Below are positions 1-7,274 of a stretch of DNA of 38,264 nucleotides, one piece after another (the first letter of the stretch is position 1; each line of letters begins with the position of its first letter). The DNA is taken from the IMG/VR virus record IMGVR_UViG_3300045988_016904. One strand, given 5' to 3'. The notes below the pieces were generated by a model. That model saw nothing but the letters and a program-made list of their open reading frames with translations, did no database searches and had not been told where the DNA came from. The DNA is from a virus. The translations under genes were made by a program, and so were the position numbers.

Positions 1-99
1 CGAAAAACACGATACCGAGGGCTTGAAAAGCAGCAAGCCAAATTCAATATCATGTTTGCACTGGCAAATCTGATTCTTGCTGACAGACCCTGTCTGGCA
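1..99. repeat. 99-bp terminal direct repeat, identical to 38166..38264 (circular-assembly overlap)
   Basis: Base-by-base identity of the window start with the window end. The repeat lies inside one continuous transposase reading frame. Confidence 0.95.
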
Positions 100-105
100 G
101 CTTGA
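1..105 (+). CDS. IS5-family transposase, C-terminal end (continues 37293..38264 across the circular junction; stop TGA at 103..105)
   Basis: Frame 1 reads RKTRYRGLEKQQAKFNIMFALANLILADRPCLAA*. It is in frame with the ORF that starts at 37293. Confidence 0.9.
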   Translation, partial: RKTRYRGLEKQQAKFNIMFALANLILADRPCLAA

Positions 106-187
106 GTAAGTGCGCCTTTGCGGGCAAAAATTCAGAGGTTATCCACAGTTTTTACTTGGCACCTATTGTATAATGCGGATTTTGGTA

Positions 188-203
188 TTTATGCGGTGTT
201 GCC
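188..203. repeat. IS right terminal inverted repeat (IRR)
   Basis: 13 of 16 positions match the reverse complement of 37237..37252. Confidence 0.8.
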
Positions 204-299
204 TTAGGAATGAGTAGGAGTACAATTTCCAGCCGATATTACCGAGGGCTTCCCATTGAAAAAGTGCTTGCGAAGGAGAATTTGAGATGCCACGCTTAA
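204..299 (+). pseudogene. 3' fragment of the IS-disrupted phage gene (..LGMSRSTISSRYYRGLPIEKVLAKENLRCHA*)
   Basis: Removing the IS and one TTAG copy joins 36888..37236 in frame to 208..299. The resulting tail resembles the usual HTH-like C-terminus of this phage protein family. Confidence 0.8.
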
Positions 300-583
300 T
301 TGATGCAGAGGAATTGGAACTCCAATTTGATGTTTCCGACGAAGATATTATAGCAAAGGAGATAATCCGGAATGCCCCCACCGTGGATGCCGTCCCCGTG
401 GTAAGGTGCCGGGACTGCATTGAATTTGAGGAAATAGGCAAGTACCTAACCAACAAAGGAGGAACGCCATTTGGGTATTGCTATCATTGGCAATATGAGC
501 AGGGCATGTCCCCTAACGAGGTAGACGGCAATGCTTTTTGCAGTTATGGGGAGCGAAAGGTGGATGAAAATGGAAGAACTTAA
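287..583 (+). CDS. hypothetical phage protein (Cys-containing; VPVVRCRDC motif)
   Basis: 98-aa ORF whose start overlaps the stop of the disrupted gene. Its motif style is shared with the ORF at 35931..36227. Confidence 0.6.
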   Translation: MPRLIDAEELELQFDVSDEDIIAKEIIRNAPTVDAVPVVRCRDCIEFEEIGKYLTNKGGTPFGYCYHWQYEQGMSPNEVDGNAFCSYGERKVDENGRT

Positions 584-710
584 CGGCTACACACCACCTG
601 CCAGCTTGAATTTAAGCGACTTCCAGGATGCTATCGGAGATGCCGTAGTACAGGCGATTATAAAAATTGGTATCCGGGTGAATCGGGAAGAACTTCTGAA
701 TGGTGGTTAA
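570..710 (+). CDS. small hypothetical protein (46 aa)
   Basis: ATG is preceded by AAGGTGG at 6-nt spacing and overlaps the previous stop. Below the ORF-track size cutoff. Confidence 0.3.
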   Translation: MEELNGYTPPASLNLSDFQDAIGDAVVQAIIKIGIRVNREELLNGG

Positions 711-826
711 CGCCTTGAAAGAAGCGGAGAAAAAGCGGATTGCTGAAAAAAAGGGGAGGCAAACTACATTGCCGATATCGTAAGAATTAGCAGTAGGAAA
801 AATAAGGAATTGGAGGTACATGAATA

Positions 827-1228
827 ATGGCAGAACAGGATTTCAAATTTGATGATGCGTTGCTCGTGAAGACTGCACGCGAGATGCTTGCAAAAAAATT
901 GACCGAAACAGTGAAAGAGGTCGCCAAGTCCGGGGAATGGGAGATAACCACCATCGAGCAGGAAGAATCTGACCCGGAAAAGATTCTCCGGAGGATGTTT
1001 GCAAAATACGCCTACGGCAACGTCCCGGAGTGGTTCGCCTCTGCGGTATCTGCGGCGTCCTATGTGCTGTCTGCGGACAAGGGAAAGGGGATTGAGTGTA
1101 TTTCCGTCTTGCACACGGCAACGGAACGGGCACCGGCTGAAATTCGGATGACGGCGCAGACAAAACTGCTTATGATATGCCAAGAAACCGGGATGCTCGG
1201 CGGGATTGTGAGATTTCCTGTTCTCTAG
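827..1228 (+). CDS. hypothetical protein
   Basis: 133-aa ORF with GGAGG upstream. No motif recognised. Confidence 0.55.
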   Translation: MAEQDFKFDDALLVKTAREMLAKKLTETVKEVAKSGEWEITTIEQEESDPEKILRRMFAKYAYGNVPEWFASAVSAASYVLSADKGKGIECISVLHTATERAPAEIRMTAQTKLLMICQETGMLGGIVRFPVL

Positions 1229-1236
1229 GGGGCAAT

Positions 1237-1419
1237 ATGGAATACAAGGACGGCAGGAAGTATTGCGTCGGGTGCCGGTATTTCTTCGGATATTACGAAG
1301 GCAGCCGGTGCTGCAATTACATATTCGTCCATGGTGAAAAGCGGCCTTGCCCGCCTGGGAAGGATTGCACCGAAAGGAGGGCGAAAACGAAAAACAGGAG
1401 ACGGAATTTAATATTATAG
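1237..1419 (+). CDS. small Cys-rich (zinc-finger-like) hypothetical protein
   Basis: Internal ATG of ORF 1177..1419 with a G-rich RBS. Contains CxxC...CC...C...C spacing. Confidence 0.45.
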   Translation: MEYKDGRKYCVGCRYFFGYYEGSRCCNYIFVHGEKRPCPPGKDCTERRAKTKNRRRNLIL

Positions 1420-1424
1420 CTTTA

Positions 1425-1490
1425 TCTCTGTATAGTATATATTAAATATAATCTTATATCTTGTGTGTATTGTGTATATCTATACAGGGA
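1425..1490. promoter_or_regulatory. AT-rich region with imperfect inverted repeat (TCTCTGTATAGTATATA / GTATATCTATACAGGGA) upstream of the RinA-like gene
   Basis: Arms at 1425..1441 and 1474..1490. A TATAAT box sits at 1447..1452 between them. Confidence 0.4.
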
Positions 1491-1518
1491 TTTAATAAGA
1501 TATGCAAGGAGGAACAAT

Positions 1519-1983
1519 GTGAGCAAGCCGAGATACAGATGGTGGGGATATATCAAGAATGTCATCCGGGCGTATCCGGGGCTGAAAGCGGAATATGCGG
1601 ACTTGCACGAGCCGCCCATAACTGCCAGTATATCGGGTATGCCCGGGGGAGGGAACATATCAAATACTACTGCGCAGGCAGCGCTGCGGGAATTGCCAAA
1701 GGCTGAACAAGAAGAACTCAATGCCGTAACTAGCGCAATCAAGTTTACGTCTCAGCTGAAAACGGGAACGGATAGGCTGAAACTGATTGATCTGGTATTT
1801 TGGAAGAAAAGCCACACACTCAGCGGCGCGGCGGTGAAATTGAGCATCAGCTATGATACTGCGATAGATTATCATGGGGACTTTATCTTGCTAACTGCGT
1901 ATTTTCTGAAAAGAATTGATGCGGATGGGCTTAAGAATTATCAAAAGATTGCCTTAAAAAGCCAAAAAGGTGTGCTAAGATAG
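1519..1983 (+). CDS. RinA/ArpU-like phage late transcriptional activator (putative)
   Basis: GTG start 6 nt after AGGAGG. Has a YPGLK..E motif and a C-terminal HTH-like segment (LKLIDLVFWKKSHTLSGAAVKLSISYDTA). Sits immediately upstream of the terminase genes. Confidence 0.6.
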   Translation: MSKPRYRWWGYIKNVIRAYPGLKAEYADLHEPPITASISGMPGGGNISNTTAQAALRELPKAEQEELNAVTSAIKFTSQLKTGTDRLKLIDLVFWKKSHTLSGAAVKLSISYDTAIDYHGDFILLTAYFLKRIDADGLKNYQKIALKSQKGVLR

Positions 1984-1999
1984 TACCATGAAGAAAATG

Positions 2000-2035
2000 A
2001 AAAGAGGCTTGGGATTGTTCCTGAGCCTCTTTTTG
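2000..2035 (+). terminator. intrinsic terminator after the RinA-like gene
   Basis: AAAAGAGGCT (2000..2009) pairs with AGCCTCTTTT (2024..2033), followed by a T-run. Confidence 0.75.
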
Positions 2036-2038
2036 CAT

Positions 2039-2262
2039 GGCGCGGTAGATAACGAGTTGGGCGCTCTCTCCCCAACAGAAGGCCGTTTGAATCGGCCTCG
2101 CGCCATATATATCGCCGATGGCCTCCCGCCGGCGACGAAACCCGGAAACGGGCAAAGCGGTTCCCCGGCACCGTAAGCCGGAGGGATGCGGGGAAGTAGC
2201 AAGGCCGGAGAGCAGCCTTGTGATAAGAGGAAAGAATGCCGGTTCAACTCCGGCCTTTCCCG
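2039..2262 (+). ncRNA. candidate structured RNA (~225 nt) with two tRNA-like acceptor/T-arm modules
   Basis: Module 1 (2039..2105): 7-bp acceptor-like stem, 5-bp T-like stem with loop TTTGAAT, and hairpin 2056..2076. Central domain: GAAA-capped hairpin 2141..2152 nested in helices 2122-2126/2180-2184 and 2128-2132/2165-2169. Module 2 (2190..2262): 7-9 bp acceptor-like stem and T-arm GCCGG-TTCAACT-CCGGC. No credible ORF. Confidence 0.5.
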
Positions 2263-2295
2263 CTATTTTTACTATTTTGCATGAGAGGTGGTGCT

Positions 2296-2715
2296 ATGGC
2301 TGCAAGGATTACAGATCGGAAGAAAAAAAGAATAATTGCCGACTGGATAGAAATGCAGTCGTACAGCGCCGTTGCAAAAAAGCATGGCGTAACTCACCAG
2401 ACTGTGAAAAGGATTGTCAGCGCTTCACCGGATATCGCCCAAAAAGTGCAGCAAAAAAAAGAAGAGAATACCGCCGACATGATGGCGTACATGGAATCAC
2501 AAAAAGCGGCGATGCAAGAAGCAATCACCTTGCATCTGAAAGCGCTCACTGACCCCGAAAAGATTTCAGCCGCAACGTTAAGCCAGATTGCAACATCTTT
2601 CGGGATTATCGTTGATAAGGCCACAAGAAACACGGCAAGCGGTAATGATAGCCTCAATAAGCTGGATGGGCTAATTAAGGAGTTCAGAGATGCTATTAAG
2701 CCCGAAACAGATTGA
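2296..2715 (+). CDS. terS: terminase small subunit (HTH-containing)
   Basis: ATG with RBS. N-terminal HTH (SYSAVAKKHGVTHQTVKRIV). Overlaps the terL start. Confidence 0.7.
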   Translation: MAARITDRKKKRIIADWIEMQSYSAVAKKHGVTHQTVKRIVSASPDIAQKVQQKKEENTADMMAYMESQKAAMQEAITLHLKALTDPEKISAATLSQIATSFGIIVDKATRNTASGNDSLNKLDGLIKEFRDAIKPETD

Positions 2716-3859
2716 ATTTGCAAGGTATGGGAATCACAGATGGAATTTCAAGGGCGGCGCGACCCGAAGCGGAAAAACATATCTTGATTTCAAATGGATT
2801 ATTCCCATGCGGATTCGAGAACGAGCCGGGAAAGATGGGCTTTCCGTTATTTTGGGCGTTACAAAATCCACAATAGAGCGAAATGTGCTAGAGCCTATGC
2901 GGAATCTGTACGGTGATAAACTTGTTGGGGCGATTTCCAGCGATAATACAGCATGGATTTTTGGCGAGAAGTGTTATTGCCTTGGCGCGGAAAAAGTGTC
3001 TCAGGTATCGAAGATTCGCGGCGCGTCTATCAAGTATTGCTACGGCGACGAGGTCGCGGACTGGTCGGAGGAAGTTTTTGCCCTCCTGAAAAGCCGGCTT
3101 GATAAGGAGTATTCCTGCTTCGATGGCACATACAATCCACAGTATCCCAACCACTGGCTAAAGAGATTCCTTGATAGTGATGCCGATATTTTCAGCCAAG
3201 AATACACAATAGACGATAATCCATTTTTACCCCCCACTTTTGTTGAAAATCTGAAAAAAGAATATGCCGGAACGGTGTTCTACGATAGGTACATTCTGGG
3301 GAAATGGACGCTGGCAGAGGGGCTTGTATATGATTTTTCCGAAGCGAATATCACGGATGACGTGCCGGAATTCGCGGATTATTACATAAGCATCGACTAC
3401 GGCACCCTGAATCCGTTTTCATGCGGATTGTGGGCTGTGAATGGTAATAAGGCGGAAAGAATCAAGGAGTATTACTACGATGGAAGAGCCAACTATAAGC
3501 AGCTCACAGACGAGGAATATTGCGACTCTGTGGAGGAACTGACGGACGGCTACGAAATCAAGAGGGCGATTATTGACCCTTCGGCAGCTTCTTTTATTAC
3601 CGCCCTGAAACGCCGTGGATTCCGCGTCCAGCAGGCAGACAACGCCGTTCTTGATGGCATTCGGCGCACAGCGGTATATCTCAAGAACGGGAATATAAAA
3701 ATTCACCGGTGCTGCACGGATGCCATTCGCGAGTTCGGGCTATACCGGTGGGACGATAAGAAAACGGAGGACGCGGTAGTGAAAGATAACGACCACGCTA
3801 TGGATGATATACGGTATTTCTGTAATTCCGTGATGCGAAAGAAAGTGAAGGAATCGTAA
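2690..3859 (+). CDS. terL: terminase large subunit (PBSX / Terminase_3-like)
   Basis: Walker A motif GGATRSGKT. C-terminal nuclease-like region. Sits upstream of the portal gene. Confidence 0.9.
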   Translation: MLLSPKQIEFARYGNHRWNFKGGATRSGKTYLDFKWIIPMRIRERAGKDGLSVILGVTKSTIERNVLEPMRNLYGDKLVGAISSDNTAWIFGEKCYCLGAEKVSQVSKIRGASIKYCYGDEVADWSEEVFALLKSRLDKEYSCFDGTYNPQYPNHWLKRFLDSDADIFSQEYTIDDNPFLPPTFVENLKKEYAGTVFYDRYILGKWTLAEGLVYDFSEANITDDVPEFADYYISIDYGTLNPFSCGLWAVNGNKAERIKEYYYDGRANYKQLTDEEYCDSVEELTDGYEIKRAIIDPSAASFITALKRRGFRVQQADNAVLDGIRRTAVYLKNGNIKIHRCCTDAIREFGLYRWDDKKTEDAVVKDNDHAMDDIRYFCNSVMRKKVKES

Positions 3860-5253
3860 TGGGTATCATTTCAGCTATAAAAGGGCTTGTATCTGTGATT
3901 TCTGATACGAGGGTAAAGGAAGATTTCAAGATAGAGCCTATTTCCTCCGAGCAAATGAACGCTTGGATTTATGAATGTGCCGATATCTATCAGGGAAACC
4001 CAAGCTGGATTGATGTAGAAGACGGCATAGATACCGTGAACTTCGCAAAGTCCGTGTGCGCCGAAATCGCGCGGCTGACAATGCAGGGTACGAGCATCAA
4101 GTTAAGCGGGTCTGCCCGCGCCGACTGGTTGCAATGGCAGGTTGACCGGGTGTATTCGCTGCTGCAATCTTGGGTGGAGTACGGCAGCGCATACGGTACA
4201 ATCATGCTAAAGCCAAACGGGGATACAATCGATATCTACACGCCGAACAAATTTGATATTACCCACGTGACGAACGCCGAAATTGACGGCGCAGTTTTCT
4301 ACAATCAGCAGAGAGCCGGGGATAAGTGGTTCACCCGGCTGGAATATCACCGGTTCGAGAGCGGCGTATACAGAATCACGAATAAATGCTATGTAAGCCC
4401 ATCGGAGAATGATACCGGAAAGCCTGTTGACATTTCCGAAACGCCGTGGGCGGCGCTGGCGGAAGAAGCTACCGTGGCGAATATTGAAAAGCCCCTGTTC
4501 GCGCCATTCCGGATGCCGCAAGCAAACAATATCGTAATCAGTTCCCCGTATGGTCTGCCTGCATTCTCTGAGGCCGTGCAGGAGCTGCGGGACTTGGATA
4601 TTGCATATTCCAGAAATTCAGCCGAAATCTTTGATAGCAAGCGCACTGTGATGGTGGATAAAGATCGGATGCTTGATCTCAAGGAAAGGGCGAAAACGGA
4701 GAACGCGCTCGGGCGTGTGAGGATGCCGAATTATATCAATCTCGTGGACGGAGATACCACCACACAGAGCGATATTTACCACGAAATCAACCCCACATTG
4801 AACACCGATGCGCGACTTACGGGGCTGAACGCCCTGCTTAGCCAGATCGGCTATAAGGCAGGATTCTCAAACGGCTATTTCGTTTTCAATCAGTCCGGTG
4901 GCATTCAGACGGCGACGCAAGTAGAAGCAGACCAGCAGCGCACAATCCAGACGATTAAGGCCGTTCGGGATAGCCTAGAGCATTGCTTGGATTGTCTTAT
5001 TTACGCGTTGAATGCGTTCGCTGACTTGTACGGCCTTGCACCGGCTGGCGCGTATGAAGTGGCCTATGACTTCGGGGATATCACATATTCGGCCAACGAG
5101 GAAAAGGCCAGATGGTACGGATATGTTCAGGCGGGGAAAGTCCCATTCTGGTATTATCTGGTTCGTTTCGAGGGATTCACAGAGCAGGAAGCAAAGGCGC
5201 TGGAAAATGCGGCTCAGCCGAAAACGCCGATGCTATTTGGAGGGGAGGAATAG
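3859..5253 (+). CDS. portal protein (SPP1 gp6-like)
   Basis: 464 aa, immediately after terL with a TAATG overlap. Composition is typical of portal proteins. Confidence 0.85.
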   Translation: MGIISAIKGLVSVISDTRVKEDFKIEPISSEQMNAWIYECADIYQGNPSWIDVEDGIDTVNFAKSVCAEIARLTMQGTSIKLSGSARADWLQWQVDRVYSLLQSWVEYGSAYGTIMLKPNGDTIDIYTPNKFDITHVTNAEIDGAVFYNQQRAGDKWFTRLEYHRFESGVYRITNKCYVSPSENDTGKPVDISETPWAALAEEATVANIEKPLFAPFRMPQANNIVISSPYGLPAFSEAVQELRDLDIAYSRNSAEIFDSKRTVMVDKDRMLDLKERAKTENALGRVRMPNYINLVDGDTTTQSDIYHEINPTLNTDARLTGLNALLSQIGYKAGFSNGYFVFNQSGGIQTATQVEADQQRTIQTIKAVRDSLEHCLDCLIYALNAFADLYGLAPAGAYEVAYDFGDITYSANEEKARWYGYVQAGKVPFWYYLVRFEGFTEQEAKALENAAQPKTPMLFGGEE

Positions 5254-5256
5254 CAT

Positions 5257-6474
5257 TTGCTTACCCCCTCTTACCTACTCCACGCCGTTGAACCGGCGGA
5301 GGATATCGCGGAAGAACTTCACCAGAATATCATGAATCGGATTATAGAGCGCATTCTAATTCGGTTCGGGCGGGGTGATAATTATATTCTTACTCCGCTG
5401 GATAAATACCAAATTGAAACGCTTCAACAGCTGGGCTATCTCTTGGGCGACATCCAAAAAGAGATTGCAAAAGCTACCGGGAAAATGCAAACGGAAATCG
5501 CGGCAGCTATGGAGGATGCCGGAGTAAAGGCGCTGGGATACGATGACGCGATATACCGAGAAGCTGGGCTAAATCCAACGCCGCTTGTGCAATCGCCGTA
5601 TCTCCAAAAGCTTATGCAAGATACATATGAGCAGACGCTTGGAGAGTGGAAGAACTTCACGGCCACAACCGCCGATGCGGTGCAGGAGACATTTACACGG
5701 CTGTGTGATGAAGCGTATATGAGAGCCATGTCCGGGGCAATTTCGCCCGTGCAGGCCGTCAGGGAGGCCGTGGAGCGGCTTGTTTCCGATGGGGTATATA
5801 TCAAGTATACCAAAATCGGGAGCGACGGAACAGAGCGCGTACACAAGGACACAATAGAGGTTGCCACGGCGCGGGCGGTACGCACCGGCATTTCTCAAGG
5901 TTCGGCTAGAATACAGCTTGCGAGAATGGACGAAATGGGCGTAAATCTTGTAATCGTTTCTTCCCATCTGGGAGCAAGGCCGACGCACGAGGTGTGGCAG
6001 GGGAAAATCTATAGCCGAGTACCTAGCACAGAATACCCCGATTTCGTTTCTTCCACCCAATACGGCACGGTAACGGGGCTGTGCGGGGCAAATTGCCGCC
6101 ACAATTTTTCAGTGTGGTTCCCCGGGCAAGGCAACCCGTTTGAGGATTACGACAGCGAGGAAAACAAAAAGCAGTACGAGAAAGAGCAGAAGCAACGCGC
6201 CATGGAGCGGAGAATCAGGGATACAAAACGGAAAGTTTTGGGACTGAGGACGGCCATGGACAAGGCGCTATCCGAGGAGGAACGGGCTGGCTTTGAAAAG
6301 GAGTACCGCAAGAAATCCGCTTTATTGCAGCAGCAGAATGAAGCATACAACGCTTATTGCAAGGAAACCGGGCAGAAAAAAAGAGCGGACAGAATCGCGA
6401 TAGCCCTATGGAATCGCAGTGAAGCCGCAAAAGCGACCGCTGCGGCTAGGAAGTACAACGCGGAGAAGGAATAA
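5257..6474 (+). CDS. minor head / head morphogenesis protein (SPP1 gp7 / Mu F-like)
   Basis: Sits after the portal gene. Has a GANCRHNF motif and a charged C-terminal tail. TTG start. Confidence 0.7.
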   Translation: MLTPSYLLHAVEPAEDIAEELHQNIMNRIIERILIRFGRGDNYILTPLDKYQIETLQQLGYLLGDIQKEIAKATGKMQTEIAAAMEDAGVKALGYDDAIYREAGLNPTPLVQSPYLQKLMQDTYEQTLGEWKNFTATTADAVQETFTRLCDEAYMRAMSGAISPVQAVREAVERLVSDGVYIKYTKIGSDGTERVHKDTIEVATARAVRTGISQGSARIQLARMDEMGVNLVIVSSHLGARPTHEVWQGKIYSRVPSTEYPDFVSSTQYGTVTGLCGANCRHNFSVWFPGQGNPFEDYDSEENKKQYEKEQKQRAMERRIRDTKRKVLGLRTAMDKALSEEERAGFEKEYRKKSALLQQQNEAYNAYCKETGQKKRADRIAIALWNRSEAAKATAAARKYNAEKE

Positions 6475-6482
6475 TTGAATAA

Positions 6483-6520
6483 ATTGCCAGAGCTGATTTG
6501 TTTCAACTCTGGCAATTTTT
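6483..6520 (+). terminator. intrinsic terminator inside the head-gene block
   Basis: ATTGCCAGAG (6483..6492) pairs with CTCTGGCAAT (6507..6516), followed by TTTTT. Confidence 0.75.
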
Positions 6521-6528
6521 ATACACAT

Positions 6529-6600
6529 GCAGGCGGAAGCTGGGAGGGTCAGCTCCATTATTTCAATATGGGTTCGCGGGTTCAAACCCCGCCGCCTGCG
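6529..6600 (+). tRNA. tRNA-like element, possible tRNA-Glu(UUC), no encoded CCA
   Basis: Perfect 7-bp acceptor stem 6529-6535/6593-6599. D arm 6538-6541/6551-6554 with a GG-containing loop. Anticodon arm 6555-6559/6567-6571 has one U-U pair and loop ATTTCAA. T arm 6576-6580/6588-6592 has loop TTCAAAC. Atypical points: G at position 8 and no position-26 nucleotide. Confidence 0.5.
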
Positions 6601-6686
6601 TCATTTCTACCCCGCCGGAGGTTTATCCCGGCTCAATCCATTACCGCCGACGGGCGGTTGATAAATACGGTACAGGAGGATTTTTT

Positions 6687-7259
6687 ATGAAGAATATTGT
6701 TGAAATCTGCAAGGATTTCGGAATTGAAATTCCCGCAGACAAGCTCGCCGAATTCAACAAGGCAGTGGCAGAAAGCTATAAAACCGTTGCCGAATTCGAG
6801 AAAAAGGTAACCCGTCTCACCGAGGATTTGAACACCGAGAAGAAGGCCAAAGAAGCCGCCGAGACCACGCTCAAGGGATTCGAGGGGAAAGACTTTGACG
6901 CTATCGTGAAGGAGCGGGACGCGTGGAAACTCAAGCACGAACAGGCAGAGGCCACCTACAAGAAGGAGCGGGAAGACCGGGAATTCAACGAGCTTCTGGC
7001 CGGTGTGATTTCCGAAGCCAAAGGCAAGAACGCTAAGGCTATTACTGCGCTTCTGGATGTTGATGCTCTGCGCAATAGCAAGAATCAGAAAGAGGATATG
7101 AAAGCCGCATTGGATGCACTGCGCACCGATAGCGGATACCTCTTTGAAGATAACGGCGGCGCGGCGCGCTTCGATAATCCCGGAAATGGCGGAGGCGGCC
7201 AGCAAACAGACCTCAGCAAAATGAGTATGGCGGACTATATCGCCGCAAGAAAGAAGTAA
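6687..7259 (+). CDS. scaffolding protein (GP20-like)
   Basis: ATG after AGGAGG. Charged coiled-coil composition. Sits immediately before the major capsid gene. Confidence 0.75.
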   Translation: MKNIVEICKDFGIEIPADKLAEFNKAVAESYKTVAEFEKKVTRLTEDLNTEKKAKEAAETTLKGFEGKDFDAIVKERDAWKLKHEQAEATYKKEREDREFNELLAGVISEAKGKNAKAITALLDVDALRNSKNQKEDMKAALDALRTDSGYLFEDNGGAARFDNPGNGGGGQQTDLSKMSMADYIAARKK

Positions 7260-7274
7260 AGGAGTTTTTTATTT

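Larger units (their letters stand above)
1..203 (+). mobile_element. IS5-family insertion sequence, right-hand part ending in IRR (element = 37237..38264 plus 100..203, about 1132 bp)
   Basis: The right end GGCAACACCGCATAAA (reverse complement of 188..203) matches the left end GGCAATACCGCACAGA. It is followed by TTAG (204..207), which duplicates 37233..37236. Confidence 0.85.

Noticed and set aside
1-99. Terminal repeat read as phage direct terminal repeats, cos ends, or two IS copies flanking the phage.
   Set aside because: The repeat is exactly 99 bp and lies inside one continuous transposase ORF. Only one IS copy, with its own IRs and TSD, is present. This is an assembly overlap of a circular contig.
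570-783. Possible +1 frameshift joining the small ORFs 570..710 and 700..783 (..REELLNGG* and MVVNALKEAEKKRIAEKK..).
   Set aside because: The join would need a non-cognate shift at GGT-TAA. Two short overlapping ORFs or non-coding sequence are equally likely, and there is no supporting signal.
2039-2262. tRNA-like modules as attP cores for integration into a host tRNA gene, or as a known riboswitch. The GAAA hairpin followed by GGCAAAGC vaguely recalls the c-di-GMP-I class.
   Set aside because: The integrase is a serine recombinase encoded 20 kb away, and the modules are complete stems rather than 3' tRNA halves. The riboswitch resemblance covers only a few nucleotides and lacks the second conserved half. 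Neither idea is supportable by eye.
1988-2552. ORFs 1988..2176, 2118..2552 and the N-terminal extension of 2236..2715, which cover the structured region.
   Set aside because: They read through a terminator and GC-rich helices, have Arg/Pro/Gly-rich junk composition and lack an RBS. The real terS start is the RBS-preceded ATG at 2296.
6475-6690. ORF 6475..6690 and the N-terminal extension of ORF 6498..7259.
   Set aside because: They span the terminator and the tRNA-like element. The scaffold gene has a clear AGGAGG-preceded ATG at 6687.
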